Shown one piece after another: positions 24,079-33,356 of a stretch of 60,327 nucleotides of DNA; positions within the stretch are counted from its first letter, which is position 1, and the number at the start of each line of letters is the position of its first letter. The notes below the pieces were generated by a model. It did not search any database. It saw nothing but the letters and a program-made list of their open reading frames with translations, and was not told where the DNA came from. A program made the position numbers and the translations under genes. The DNA comes from Candidatus Omnitrophota bacterium (lineage in GTDB: Bacteria; Omnitrophota; Gorgyraeia; S143-82): positions 69,553 through 129,879 of the forward strand of contig WGBD01000011.1 in the NCBI GenBank assembly GCA_015494465.1. Direction: 5' to 3'.

Positions 24079-25338
24079 TTACGACGATTCCCCCACGACT
24101 TCCTTAACCTTATCCAGACCAACCCTTATCTGGTGCCCCCTAGACATGTCCTTAACCGCAACCTCCCTCTTCTCAAGTTCCTCATCACCCAAGATCAAGA
24201 CCCAGTTCGCTCCCACCCGGTTGGCCCAACGCATCTGAGAGCGAAAGGACCGGGCAGAAGGGCTCACCAAGACCGATCTGCCGGATTCCCTCAACTCCGC
24301 TGCCAGCTTCAGGGCAGGAACCTCCCCTCCCGGGGAATAGATCACCGCGACCTCTATCCCCTTCCCTTCCTTGGGTAATCCTCCCTCCATCGCCAGAAGC
24401 AACCTCTCCAATCCTATAGCAAAACCTATTCCAGGTACAGACAACTTCCCTTCGCTTATCTCCTCTATAAGCCCATCGTATCGGCCTCCAGCGGAGACCG
24501 TATCCTGTCCCGCACCAAGGGCTGGGTGGGAAAGCTCGAAGACGGTGCGCAGGTAATAGTCCAATCCCCTCACCAGAAATCTATCTTCCTGATAAATTAT
24601 CCCTAGCCCTTCTAAGCCAGACTTGACCTGCTGGAAGTGATCTCGGCACCCTGGGCACAGTACCTCTCCGAAATCCACCGACTCTTCCACCACCCTCCGG
24701 CAGGCGGGATTTTTACAGTCCAAGACCCGCAGGACATTGCGATCAAATCTCCTCTGACAGTCTTCGCACAGTTCCCTCTTACGCGAAGCGAGCACCTCGC
24801 GCAGGTGGACGGATAACCTCTCTTTATCCTCTCGACAACCAACGGAGTTGATCCGCAGGGTGTATCCTTTCAATCCAACTCCCTCCAAGAACCTCACCAT
24901 AACCAATATCGTTTCGACATCGACGATCGGATCATCACTCCCAAATATCTCCACACCCAATTGATGAAACTGACGCAGACGGCCCCTCTGAGGTCTCTCC
25001 CCCCGAAACATGGGCCCGATGTAAAAGTACCTCTGTATGGGATCGTTCAGGTCAAGTCGATGTTCCACATAGGCCCGAGCCACACCAGCGGTCCCCTCTG
25101 GACGCAATACGAGTTGATCGTCTCCTTTCTCGACGACGAACATCTGCTTTTCCACTACATCGCTGGTCTGGCCTAAGGACCTGAGGAAAAGGGCCATCTC
25201 CTCGAGCACAGGGGTCCTTATCTCCCTAAATCCGTAGCGGGGGAAAAAGTCCCGTGCCCTGGCCTCTAGATAAAGCCAGCTAGGGATCTCGTCAGGTAGG
25301 ATATCGCGCGTTCCACGAACCGCCCGGGCAAGCATCAC
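24079..25338 (-). CDS. hisS: Histidine--tRNA ligase
   Basis: Class II motifs are present, including FRGERPQRGRLRQFHQLGVEIFG, and the length is typical of HisRS (419 aa). Confidence 0.95.
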   Translation of the reverse strand: MMLARAVRGTRDILPDEIPSWLYLEARARDFFPRYGFREIRTPVLEEMALFLRSLGQTSDVVEKQMFVVEKGDDQLVLRPEGTAGVARAYVEHRLDLNDPIQRYFYIGPMFRGERPQRGRLRQFHQLGVEIFGSDDPIVDVETILVMVRFLEGVGLKGYTLRINSVGCREDKERLSVHLREVLASRKRELCEDCQRRFDRNVLRVLDCKNPACRRVVEESVDFGEVLCPGCRDHFQQVKSGLEGLGIIYQEDRFLVRGLDYYLRTVFELSHPALGAGQDTVSAGGRYDGLIEEISEGKLSVPGIGFAIGLERLLLAMEGGLPKEGKGIEVAVIYSPGGEVPALKLAAELRESGRSVLVSPSARSFRSQMRWANRVGANWVLILGDEELEKREVAVKDMSRGHQIRVGLDKVKEVVGESS

Positions 25339-25607
25339 TTGATCTTGGCCTTCATCTCAAGGCCGGGCTTGAAGACCACTACTCTTCGAGGAGGAACTGG
25401 AACGACCTCCCCAGTTCTCGGATTTCTCCCCACCCGAGGCTTTCGCTCCTTTACCTTGAATACGCCAAAGTTGCGCAATTCTATCTTATCGCCCATAGCC
25501 AACGCCTCAGTAATGATGTCGAACGTCTTCTGCACCACCAAACGCACATCAGCCTGTTTTAATCCAGTCTCGTCGGCGATCCTCAACACGATGTCCTTTT
25601 TAGTCAT
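25335..25607 (-). CDS. HU/IHF family DNA-binding protein
   Basis: 90 aa; GFGVF-like RNFGVFKVKERKPRVGRNPRTGEVV arm motif. Confidence 0.9.
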   Translation of the reverse strand: MTKKDIVLRIADETGLKQADVRLVVQKTFDIITEALAMGDKIELRNFGVFKVKERKPRVGRNPRTGEVVPVPPRRVVVFKPGLEMKAKIK

Positions 25608-25620
25608 AGGTCCAACCTCC

Positions 25621-26139
25621 TCAATCTACCACACTCAGGGTTTTGTACTTACCGAAATACTCTATCATACCACCTTCCTGAAGAATCTTCTGCATAACCT
25701 TGGGCAAAGGCGATATCTTTCTGGTCCAACCCTTGTTAAGGTTCTTCAATTCTCCTTTGTCCAGGTCGATCTCCAGTTGATCCCCTTCCTCAATCCCGGT
25801 GGTGTCCACCTCAACTAGAGGAAGCCCTATGTTGAAGGCATTGCGGAAGAATATTCGGGCAAAGGACTTGGCCACCACTGCATTTATACCTGCAGCCTTG
25901 AGGGCCAAAGGCGCCTGTTCCCGAGAAGAACCCATACCGAAGTTCTCACCTGCCACTATTATCGAATTCCCGTGATCCAGACGATCGTAAAATCCGGGAG
26001 CAATGTCCTCCATTATGTGCTTGGCCAACTCGTTCAGGTCGGTTATGGAGAACTTGTACCTCCCTGAGATGATAAAGTCGGTGTTGATGTTATCCCCAAA
26101 AGTGTAGGCCTTTCCTCTTACTATCATCCCTCCTATCAC
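25621..26139 (-). CDS. leuD: 3-isopropylmalate/(homo)aconitate dehydratase small subunit
   Basis: YTFGDNINTDFII and GENFGMGSSREQA motifs. The start is either GTG 26139 or ATG 26127; both overlap the end of pilT. Confidence 0.85.
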   Translation of the reverse strand: MIGGMIVRGKAYTFGDNINTDFIISGRYKFSITDLNELAKHIMEDIAPGFYDRLDHGNSIIVAGENFGMGSSREQAPLALKAAGINAVVAKSFARIFFRNAFNIGLPLVEVDTTGIEEGDQLEIDLDKGELKNLNKGWTRKISPLPKVMQKILQEGGMIEYFGKYKTLSVVD

Positions 26140-27205
26140 CTCCTGGTTCCTCAGGCTGACCCAATAGATTTGGATTCTTCATGTAGGTTATCGCGTCCTC
26201 GTAGGTAATTAATCCACTGGAATAAAGCCTCTGTATAGACTTATCCATGCTCTGCATCCCGTATTGGGCACCAGTCTGGATGAGGTTGGGTATCTGCTCT
26301 ATCCTCATCTCCCTTATCACATTCCGTATAGCGGGAGTACATATCATTATCTCCATAGCCAAGACACGGCCCTGTCCGTCCTTGCGCCTTATCAATTGCT
26401 GGGAGAGAACCGCCTGCAGACAGTCCGCCAACTGCAAGCGTATCTGCTGTTGCTGGTGGGGTGGAAAGACGTCTATGATACGCTCAACGGTCTGGGCAGC
26501 GTCTACGGTGTGCAAGGTGGCCAATACCAGGTGTCCGGTCTCCGCAGCAGTGATGGCAGTGGAGATGGTCTCCAGGTCCCGCATCTCTCCCACCACTATC
26601 ACATCCGGATCCTGACGCAGTACATGCCTCAAGGCGCTTGCAAACGAAAGGGTGTCCTGATGGACCTCCCTCTGCTTGACTATACTCTTCTTGTGTTTGT
26701 GCAGATACTCTATCGGATCCTCTATCGTGATGATGAGCTTGCTGAACTCCTCGTTTATGAGATTCACCATCGCAGCAAGGGTCGTGCTCTTTCCAACGCC
26801 GGTGGGACCGGTGACCAAGATCAATCCGTTTGGCCTGCGGGCAAGCTCTTGAACCACGGGAGGGATTCCCAACGAATCCCAGGAAGGTATCTCCGAGGTT
26901 ACCCGACGGAACGCAGCCTCTACACTGCCCCTCTGCATGTGGACATTTACCCTGAACCTGTCGGTGTTGGGAAAGTGGAGCGAGAAGTCCAATTCCAACT
27001 CCCGTTCGAACTTCTGCTTCTGAGAATCGGTAAGGCATCCGTATATCATCCTTCTCAGCTCGTCCCTTTGTATCACGGGCATGTCCCGCATCACGGTAAG
27101 CTGACCGTGGATACGCAAAATCGGTGGCATCTGAGCAGTCAGGTGCAGGTCTGAGGCCCCTTTCTCCATACAAAGCAACAGGAGATCTACTAGATTGACT
27201 GGCAT
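26090..27205 (-). CDS. pilT: Type IV pilus retraction ATPase PilT
   Basis: GASDLHL, Walker A GPTGVGKSTT, Asp box and His box (ATLHT), and a length typical of PilT. Confidence 0.9.
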   Translation of the reverse strand: MPVNLVDLLLLCMEKGASDLHLTAQMPPILRIHGQLTVMRDMPVIQRDELRRMIYGCLTDSQKQKFERELELDFSLHFPNTDRFRVNVHMQRGSVEAAFRRVTSEIPSWDSLGIPPVVQELARRPNGLILVTGPTGVGKSTTLAAMVNLINEEFSKLIITIEDPIEYLHKHKKSIVKQREVHQDTLSFASALRHVLRQDPDVIVVGEMRDLETISTAITAAETGHLVLATLHTVDAAQTVERIIDVFPPHQQQQIRLQLADCLQAVLSQQLIRRKDGQGRVLAMEIMICTPAIRNVIREMRIEQIPNLIQTGAQYGMQSMDKSIQRLYSSGLITYEDAITYMKNPNLLGQPEEPGGDRRDDSKRKGLHFWG

Positions 27206-27220
27206 GAAACTCCCCCCTTA

Positions 27221-27415
27221 CTAGGACTGTCCTCTCCTAGAAAACAAGGTTCCACCTACTCCCCAATTCTCTCTATCCACCTCGACGATCACCACATAGG
27301 TGCTTTCCGGCTTCTTACCAGCCACCTCGTAGAGGACATCGGATATCCCCTTAACTATGGCCTCTTTTTGTTCCTCCGTGAGTTTGCCCAACAACTTCAC
27401 CTCTACATACGGCAT
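27221..27415 (-). CDS. 4-oxalocrotonate tautomerase family protein
   Basis: 64 aa beginning MPYVEVKL (catalytic Pro1 after Met removal), with a beta-alpha-beta pattern. Confidence 0.8.
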   Translation of the reverse strand: MPYVEVKLLGKLTEEQKEAIVKGISDVLYEVAGKKPESTYVVIVEVDRENWGVGGTLFSRRGQS

Positions 27416-27424
27416 TATCCCCTC

Positions 27425-27952
27425 CTAAGCTCCTCTCTCCCGCTCCATTATCCTGCGTATGTCGTTGTCGATAGAGCGGTTCACCAACACCGCCACATAG
27501 ATCAGCAGAGAGAACTGCCACACATCGTTTGGCCCCACTAGCAGACCGGTGGTAGTATCCTCCCGTCTCGCCAAGTCGTTTTTGACCTTGGCAAGGGCCT
27601 CTTCTACACCCATCTCCCACACATCCAAGGTAAAGGTCTTGTTGAAGTACTTGAGGGAAGGCAGTCGAACCCCCCGCATGTACAAAAAGGCCCTTATGGA
27701 GTCGTCGCTGTAGCCTACATCCTCCTTGAAGTCGAAACCCTCAAATATGGGATAGTCTGGTGGCACGATTATAACCGGCTGCATCAGCTCTATCACGCCC
27801 TTACGCACCACCGTATCCCCTTCAGAGATATCGGACCTTGAAAGGAGCACATACGGCAGATTGGTTGGACTAAAGGTATGGAGATAATCCAACCTCTGCC
27901 GGTGTATATCAGTATGTTCCAAGGCCTTAGACCAGAGCGCTTCTATGTCCAT
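27425..27952 (-). CDS. Hypothetical protein
   Basis: A 175-aa ORF in the operon frame with 6-9 nt spacers on both sides. No recognisable motif. Confidence 0.5.
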   Translation of the reverse strand: MDIEALWSKALEHTDIHRQRLDYLHTFSPTNLPYVLLSRSDISEGDTVVRKGVIELMQPVIIVPPDYPIFEGFDFKEDVGYSDDSIRAFLYMRGVRLPSLKYFNKTFTLDVWEMGVEEALAKVKNDLARREDTTTGLLVGPNDVWQFSLLIYVAVLVNRSIDNDIRRIMERERGA

Positions 27953-27958
27953 ATCCCA

Positions 27959-28882
27959 TCACCTTCTCCTCGAAAGCCTTATGCACACCTCTATAGATTT
28001 TAACATAGATACCGGAGAGGCAATACCTTTATCTCGTATGTCAAAGGCAGTACCGTGGGAGGGAGAGGTCCGCACCACCGGCAGGCCCCAGGTCAGGTTC
28101 ACCGCATCCGGATACAAGGTCTTTATCACTGGAAGGACCTGATCGTGATACATAGCAACGATCACCCTAAAGCCCATTTTAAAGACTGCATCCGCAGGAA
28201 CCGGACCTCGTACCGGAATGCCTTTATCCTTCATCCGATTAACCACTGGGCCTATCGTATCCCGCTCCTCGCTACCCAATAGTCCACCCTCTCCCGCGTG
28301 GGGGTTGAGACCGCACACCCCGATCTCTCCTGGCCAGCCCATGGCCTTGCGAAACCCCTCCGCCGTCTGAACGACCTCTTTTACCCGTTCTTTGGTTATG
28401 AGGATAGGTACTTCCCTCAACGGCACATGCCTAGTGACCAGGATCACCGCAAAGTCCTCCATCACGAATATCATCTCCACAGCCTTTACCCCAAATCTCT
28501 CCTTTAACCACTCGGTGTGCCCAACGAATCCGGGGGAGATCTCGCTCATCTTTTCCTTGCTCACGGGGGCGGTGCAGATCCCCGAAACCCGCCCATCCTT
28601 TGCCAACTCTACCGCCTTTTCCAGGGCAAACAAGGTGCTTTGGGCATAGGCGCGGTCATAGGGCCCGGAATAATTAACCGTCTTCCCGGGCAGCGTGTCC
28701 AAAAACCTAACGCCCTGAAGCGAAGAATCAAGCCCTAATCTCTTCAATTGGTAATCGAAGGCGCTTTTTGCCCCGATAACCAGGATCCCCTTCCTCACCT
28801 CGGGATCCAACTGGGCCAAGGCCTTTACAGTGACCTCCGGACCGATCCCGTAGGGATCACCAAGGGTTACGGCTATCATCAT
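27959..28882 (-). CDS. pdxA: 4-hydroxythreonine-4-phosphate dehydrogenase
   Basis: GDPYGIGPE, GLNPHAGE and SPSHGTAFD motifs. Confidence 0.9.
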   Translation of the reverse strand: MMIAVTLGDPYGIGPEVTVKALAQLDPEVRKGILVIGAKSAFDYQLKRLGLDSSLQGVRFLDTLPGKTVNYSGPYDRAYAQSTLFALEKAVELAKDGRVSGICTAPVSKEKMSEISPGFVGHTEWLKERFGVKAVEMIFVMEDFAVILVTRHVPLREVPILITKERVKEVVQTAEGFRKAMGWPGEIGVCGLNPHAGEGGLLGSEERDTIGPVVNRMKDKGIPVRGPVPADAVFKMGFRVIVAMYHDQVLPVIKTLYPDAVNLTWGLPVVRTSPSHGTAFDIRDKGIASPVSMLKSIEVCIRLSRRR

Positions 28883-28890
28883 CCCACCTC

Positions 28891-29937
28891 TTAGATTATC
28901 AACATAGCGGACCCATAGGAAAAGAACCGATATCCCTTTTCCACCGCGTGTCTATATGCCCTCAATACCAGATCCCTACCTGCAAACGCGCACACCAGCA
29001 GGAGAAGGGAACTCCTGGGCAGGTGGAAATTGGTGAACAGCATGTCCACCATCCTGAAACGGTAACCAGGATAGATGTATATGTCCGTCCATCCGGAGAA
29101 GTCTTTCACTTCTCCCTTTTCAACAAACTCCGCTACCGTCTCCAATGTTCGCACCACGGTGGTCCCGATAGCAAGTATCTTCTTACCGGATCTCCTTGCC
29201 TCCACCAATTCAGCCATCGCCTCTCTGCCGACCTCTACCCATTCCGAATGTATCCTGTATTCGCGTATGTCTTGCGTCTTTATAGGAGCGAAGGTACCGT
29301 AACCCACGTGGAGGGTTATAAAAACAACCTTCCCTGCCCTCGCCTTTAACTCCTCCAGCATCTCCGGGGTAAAATGCAAGCCCGCAGTAGGCGCTGCTAT
29401 AGCCCCGTATCGCCTGGCATAAACCGTCTGGTACATCTGCCTGTCCCTGTCCTCCGGCACGCGCTTTATGTAAGGCGGTAGGGGCATCCTGCCTATCTCC
29501 TCCAAGAGTGGGATGTCCACCGGTCTCTCGAAACGAATGAGATCCGGGGGGTGGTAATAGCCACGCAATCTATCCTCGAATACTATCTCCTCACCCTCTT
29601 TCAGGCGCTGTTTCGGCTTCACCAATGCCTTCCAAACCCATCCATCTCCGTCCTCAGGATGCATCAATAAGGCATCCACCTGCCCACCACTGCGCACCTT
29701 TCTGCCCAACAACCTTGCCGGAATCACTTTGGTATCGTTGAAGACCACGACGACATCCTCGTTGATGTATTCCAACAGATCGCCTACCTTACGATCCCTA
29801 AATACCCCAGAATCCCTATCGACCACGAGCAATCTATCCTCCCTGCCCCGCAGCGGCTCGTAGGCTATTAACTCCCGGGGCAGATAATAGTCGTAGGCAT
29901 CCAGATCGTAAAGATCCTTACTTCCCTGAGGTCCCAT
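28891..29937 (-). CDS. queA: S-adenosylmethionine:tRNA ribosyltransferase-isomerase
   Basis: YDYYLPRELIA, MPLPPYIK and TTVVRTLE motifs. I chose the internal ATG 29937 (MGPQGSKDLYDL) because the 49 codons upstream in the track ORF overlap ybeY and look non-coding. The SD spacing is poor, so the start is uncertain. Confidence 0.85.
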   Translation of the reverse strand: MGPQGSKDLYDLDAYDYYLPRELIAYEPLRGREDRLLVVDRDSGVFRDRKVGDLLEYINEDVVVVFNDTKVIPARLLGRKVRSGGQVDALLMHPEDGDGWVWKALVKPKQRLKEGEEIVFEDRLRGYYHPPDLIRFERPVDIPLLEEIGRMPLPPYIKRVPEDRDRQMYQTVYARRYGAIAAPTAGLHFTPEMLEELKARAGKVVFITLHVGYGTFAPIKTQDIREYRIHSEWVEVGREAMAELVEARRSGKKILAIGTTVVRTLETVAEFVEKGEVKDFSGWTDIYIYPGYRFRMVDMLFTNFHLPRSSLLLLVCAFAGRDLVLRAYRHAVEKGYRFFSYGSAMLII

Positions 29938-30358
29938 AATAAGCAGATAAAAACTCCTCCTGAACCCTAAGCATCTTCCTGCGTTTAGGAGGGGTGTCGT
30001 CTTCCCACCCCATGGCGTGGAGAAGACCGTGCAACAAACAAAACTTGAGTTCCCACTCAGGATCGGTCCCGTAAATACGGGCATTGCGGGAGATGGCCTC
30101 CCAATCTAGGAATACCTCCGCCTCTATAGGATCCAACTCAATGGGCACGGTGATCACATCCGTCGGGCCCTCCCGCCCGAAAACTGCCTGATTGATATTT
30201 CCCATCTCCTCATCCCTCACCACATACACGACGATCTCCCGATAGCCCCTTCGGTGTGCCTTCAGGAACCTCTTGGCGAGGGAAGAAAGGCCCTGAGTCA
30301 GGCCCTTTATCCCAGTGCGGTTTATCACCTTAATTGTCCCTCGGGAAGCTCTCCTCAA
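29918..30358 (-). CDS. ybeY: rRNA maturation endoribonuclease YbeY
   Basis: Zinc motif HGLLHAMGWED. Confidence 0.9.
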   Translation of the reverse strand: MRRASRGTIKVINRTGIKGLTQGLSSLAKRFLKAHRRGYREIVVYVVRDEEMGNINQAVFGREGPTDVITVPIELDPIEAEVFLDWEAISRNARIYGTDPEWELKFCLLHGLLHAMGWEDDTPPKRRKMLRVQEEFLSAYYGTSGK

Positions 30359-31815
30359 GTGCTGGCGTTTCTCCCGTTCTTGCCGTTTTTGGGGTTCTTA
30401 CCGTTCTTGCCTTTCGGCTCGGGATAGGCCACCCTCTGGTGGTACATACTGGTGAGGATCTTGGTAAAGACCCTGGCTATGCGGTCGAGGTCTCGGAAGG
30501 TCAGATCGCACTCGTCCAACTGGCCGTCGATCACCTTGGAGTCTATCACCTTCTTGACCGTCAACTTTATCTTATCCGGGGTCGGATCAGGAAGACTTCT
30601 GACCGCAGCCTCCACCGCATCGGCGAGCAAAACGATGGCGGTCTCCTTGCTCTGGGGCTTTGGCCCAGGATAGCGGAAGTCCTCCTCCCTTATATCCTCC
30701 TTACCTTCTTCCAATGCCTTCTGATAAAAATAATAGGTTAGGCTCTTACCGTGATGCTGGGCAATAAAGTCCATTATCTGCCGTGGGAGTCTGTGCTTGC
30801 GGGCCAACTCCAATCCCTCTTTGACGTGGTTAAGCAGGATCAGTTTACTCATGGAAGGCGAGAGCTTCTCGTGGGTGTTCTGACCGTGGGGCTGATTCTC
30901 CACGAAGTACTCCGCCCGCGGGATCTTGCCGATGTCGTGGTAGTAGGCCCCCACCCGGGCCAAGAGGGAGTTTGCACCTATCTCCTCCGCTGCCGCTTCT
31001 GCAAGGTTCCCCACCACCAGGCTGTGATGGTAGGTCCCCGGGGCCTCCATCACCAACTTGCGCAAGAGCGGTTGCTGTGTATCCGCCCATTCCAAGAGGC
31101 TTATGTTAGTGATAGTACCAAACATCGCCTCGAATAGGGGTATCCCAACGAAGGTTATGGAAAAGGAGACTATCCCGTTGACCAGACTGGCTATAAGATT
31201 TGCCTTTACGATGTTTCCGCCACTAGCATACACATACAAGAGGTACAGCAGGACCATGGTCACACTCACCCCCACTCCAGCCCGGAATATGTGCTTGCGG
31301 TGGCGGACATTCTGGGACATCAAGGCCCCTACGATGGAGGACAAAAACACGATCCAGAAGTAATACAGGTTTCCGCCGAACATCTCCGCAGTCAAAAAGC
31401 TCACCAACATCGCAAACACGAAAACCAGCTCTAGATCCCGGTAGTTCAACATCACCACCATCGCAGCAGCCGGAACCGGAACATAATAAGGAGACCACCC
31501 CGAGGAGATGATAAACCTGCAGATAGGTATGTAAATTAGAAACAGCAACGACAAAGAGACGAACGAACGCATGTCGAGTCTTCGTTTACCCCTTAAGACC
31601 TTCAAGTAGATCACCGTCAAGAAGTAGAATATAGAGACCAGGGGGCTGACTTGGGCAAAAAACAGGACTGCCTCTACCAGAGAAAATACGGTAACCACCT
31701 CAATCACATAGCTGATCTTGGACCAGGTGGGATTAGGCGTTTTGACTGCCTTTTTTCTCTTGATACCGGGCATAGGCCTCAATAATCGCCTGAACCAGTT
31801 CATGGCGCACCACAT
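30355..31815 (-). CDS. Membrane HD-domain phosphohydrolase (7TM-HD, PgpH/YqfF-like)
   Basis: A multi-TM N-terminal half is followed by the HD domain (HSLVVGNL...YHDIGK). The true start is probably an internal Met, because the track start overlaps phoH by 83 nt. Confidence 0.8.
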   Translation of the reverse strand: MWCAMNWFRRLLRPMPGIKRKKAVKTPNPTWSKISYVIEVVTVFSLVEAVLFFAQVSPLVSIFYFLTVIYLKVLRGKRRLDMRSFVSLSLLFLIYIPICRFIISSGWSPYYVPVPAAAMVVMLNYRDLELVFVFAMLVSFLTAEMFGGNLYYFWIVFLSSIVGALMSQNVRHRKHIFRAGVGVSVTMVLLYLLYVYASGGNIVKANLIASLVNGIVSFSITFVGIPLFEAMFGTITNISLLEWADTQQPLLRKLVMEAPGTYHHSLVVGNLAEAAAEEIGANSLLARVGAYYHDIGKIPRAEYFVENQPHGQNTHEKLSPSMSKLILLNHVKEGLELARKHRLPRQIMDFIAQHHGKSLTYYFYQKALEEGKEDIREEDFRYPGPKPQSKETAIVLLADAVEAAVRSLPDPTPDKIKLTVKKVIDSKVIDGQLDECDLTFRDLDRIARVFTKILTSMYHQRVAYPEPKGKNGKNPKNGKNGRNAST

Positions 31816-32704
31816 CCGCTCCGGTTAGGTAAACGAACTCTATTCCCTCTATCCCCTTCAATATCTCTATGGCCTCCAACAGCCCTATGGGTTTGCCCCC
31901 TATGAGGTCACTCTGGGTCAGGTCCCCAGTAACCACTGCCTTGGAGCCGAATCCCAAGCGGGTGAGAAACATCTTCATCTGTTCAGGGGTGCAGTTCTGT
32001 GCCTCGTCGAGAATGATGAAGGCATGGTTCAAGGTCCTGCCCCGCATAAAGGCCAAAGGAGCCACCTCTATAACACCGGTCTCCACGTATTCCTCTATCT
32101 CCTCTGGGTCCATCATGTCGTAGAGGGCGTCGTAAAGGGGTCTGAGATAGGGGTTCATCTTCTCCTCTAGAGACCCGGGCAAAAAACCCAGTCTCTCCCC
32201 TGCCTCCACCGCTGGACGGGTCAGTATGATCCTCCTAACCCTGCGGGAGACCAGGGCCTCCACCGCCATGGCCATAGCCAGATAGGTCTTCCCCGTGCCT
32301 GCGGGTCCTAACGCGAATACCAGATCGTGGCTCCTGATAGCGGAGACATACCTGCGCTGACCAACCGTCTTGGGGACCACCGCAGGGACACCCCGCTTGG
32401 CCACCTTTATCTTCTCCACCCGGAAGTCGTTGTCCGTGAGGTCCTCTCTGGACTTGAAGTCCCTTATAAGGTAGATCACATCCTCCTTGCTGAGCGATTC
32501 CCCTCTGTATACCCTCTCCAGCATCCTATCCACTATCTTGTTCACCAGATCCGCATCCTCGTCTTTAATTTGGAGTATAATGTCTTGCCCCCGAATAGCA
32601 ACCTGCACGCCTAAGGACTCCTCCAAGAGCTTGAGGTTCTCATCGTGTCTGCCAGAGAAGAAATAGGCCTGCTCTATGGAATCAAACCTAATCGTCCTGC
32701 GCAT
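31733..32704 (-). CDS. phoH: PhoH-like ATPase (YbeZ)
   Basis: Walker A GPAGTGKTYLA and Walker B ILDEAQN. It sits in the conserved phoH-HD-ybeY neighbourhood. Confidence 0.9.
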   Translation of the reverse strand: MRRTIRFDSIEQAYFFSGRHDENLKLLEESLGVQVAIRGQDIILQIKDEDADLVNKIVDRMLERVYRGESLSKEDVIYLIRDFKSREDLTDNDFRVEKIKVAKRGVPAVVPKTVGQRRYVSAIRSHDLVFALGPAGTGKTYLAMAMAVEALVSRRVRRIILTRPAVEAGERLGFLPGSLEEKMNPYLRPLYDALYDMMDPEEIEEYVETGVIEVAPLAFMRGRTLNHAFIILDEAQNCTPEQMKMFLTRLGFGSKAVVTGDLTQSDLIGGKPIGLLEAIEILKGIEGIEFVYLTGADVVRHELVQAIIEAYARYQEKKGSQNA

Positions 32705-33341
32705 CTAACTCCTCTTTTTCCAAGATCGGTATCCTCAACTCCTGTCCCACATAGATGCTGTCCGGGTGCTCCAGACGATCCTTGTTGGCCTCGAATATCT
32801 TGGGCCAGAGGCTGTACTTGTGATAGAACTTGTAGGATATCTTCTGCAGGGTGTCACCCTTCTGGACCTTGTACATTATGTACTTCTGCTCGGGCTCCTG
32901 TTGGGATCCGGATTCCATCTCACTGGACTCCACAGGGTTAGACTCTAAATTTTCCATTTCACTCGTAGTTCTCGCCACACCTTCGCCTCCTGCCCCTGCA
33001 GAGGATTCTTCCAGTCTTTCTCCTTCTTCGCTCCTATATATGTACCCGTAATTCCCTTCTTCTTTGGGCTCTTCCTCGCCGGCCTCCACATCCTCTGCCT
33101 TCTGCTTACCGGTGTACTCCACCTCCAACTTCTTGGGGTTCACCAACTCCACCTCGGTCACCAAAATAGTTCGGGTCTTCTTCTCTACCGTGTAGCCTTG
33201 CCTCTCGGGACTGCCCACGAGATAGCCCTGATTACCCTCAACCACTATGTCCTTCCTGGGCATCTCCTTCTTGTAGACCCGGATTACGCAACCTGATAAG
33301 ACCAACGCCAGCACCAAACCCACAAACCTATAGAGTCTCAT
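32688..33341 (-). CDS. LysM-domain lipoprotein
   Basis: Lipobox LSGC, an acidic low-complexity middle, and a C-terminal LysM (YKVQKGDTLQKISYKFY...IYVGQELRIP). Confidence 0.8.
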   Translation of the reverse strand: MRLYRFVGLVLALVLSGCVIRVYKKEMPRKDIVVEGNQGYLVGSPERQGYTVEKKTRTILVTEVELVNPKKLEVEYTGKQKAEDVEAGEEEPKEEGNYGYIYRSEEGERLEESSAGAGGEGVARTTSEMENLESNPVESSEMESGSQQEPEQKYIMYKVQKGDTLQKISYKFYHKYSLWPKIFEANKDRLEHPDSIYVGQELRIPILEKEELDAQDD

Positions 33342-33356
33342 GGCATCCCCCTGTGT

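Noticed and set aside
24066-24122. 19-codon N-terminal extension of pfk.
   Set aside because: The internal ATG at 24065 has a consensus AAGGAGG at proper spacing, and the extension overlaps the hisS C-terminus.
29938-30084. 49-codon N-terminal extension of queA in the ORF track.
   Set aside because: The extension overlaps ybeY and reads as low-quality sequence (MPVFTGPILSGNSSFVCCTVFSTPWGG...). Conserved QueA sequence begins just after the internal Met at 29937.
30355-30420. Short DNA repeats (ccgttcttgcc-like units) that might suggest a repeat array.
   Set aside because: They lie in-frame at the 3' end of the HD-domain gene and encode a low-complexity PKGKNGKNPKNGKNGRN tail. They are not a CRISPR or other intergenic repeat.
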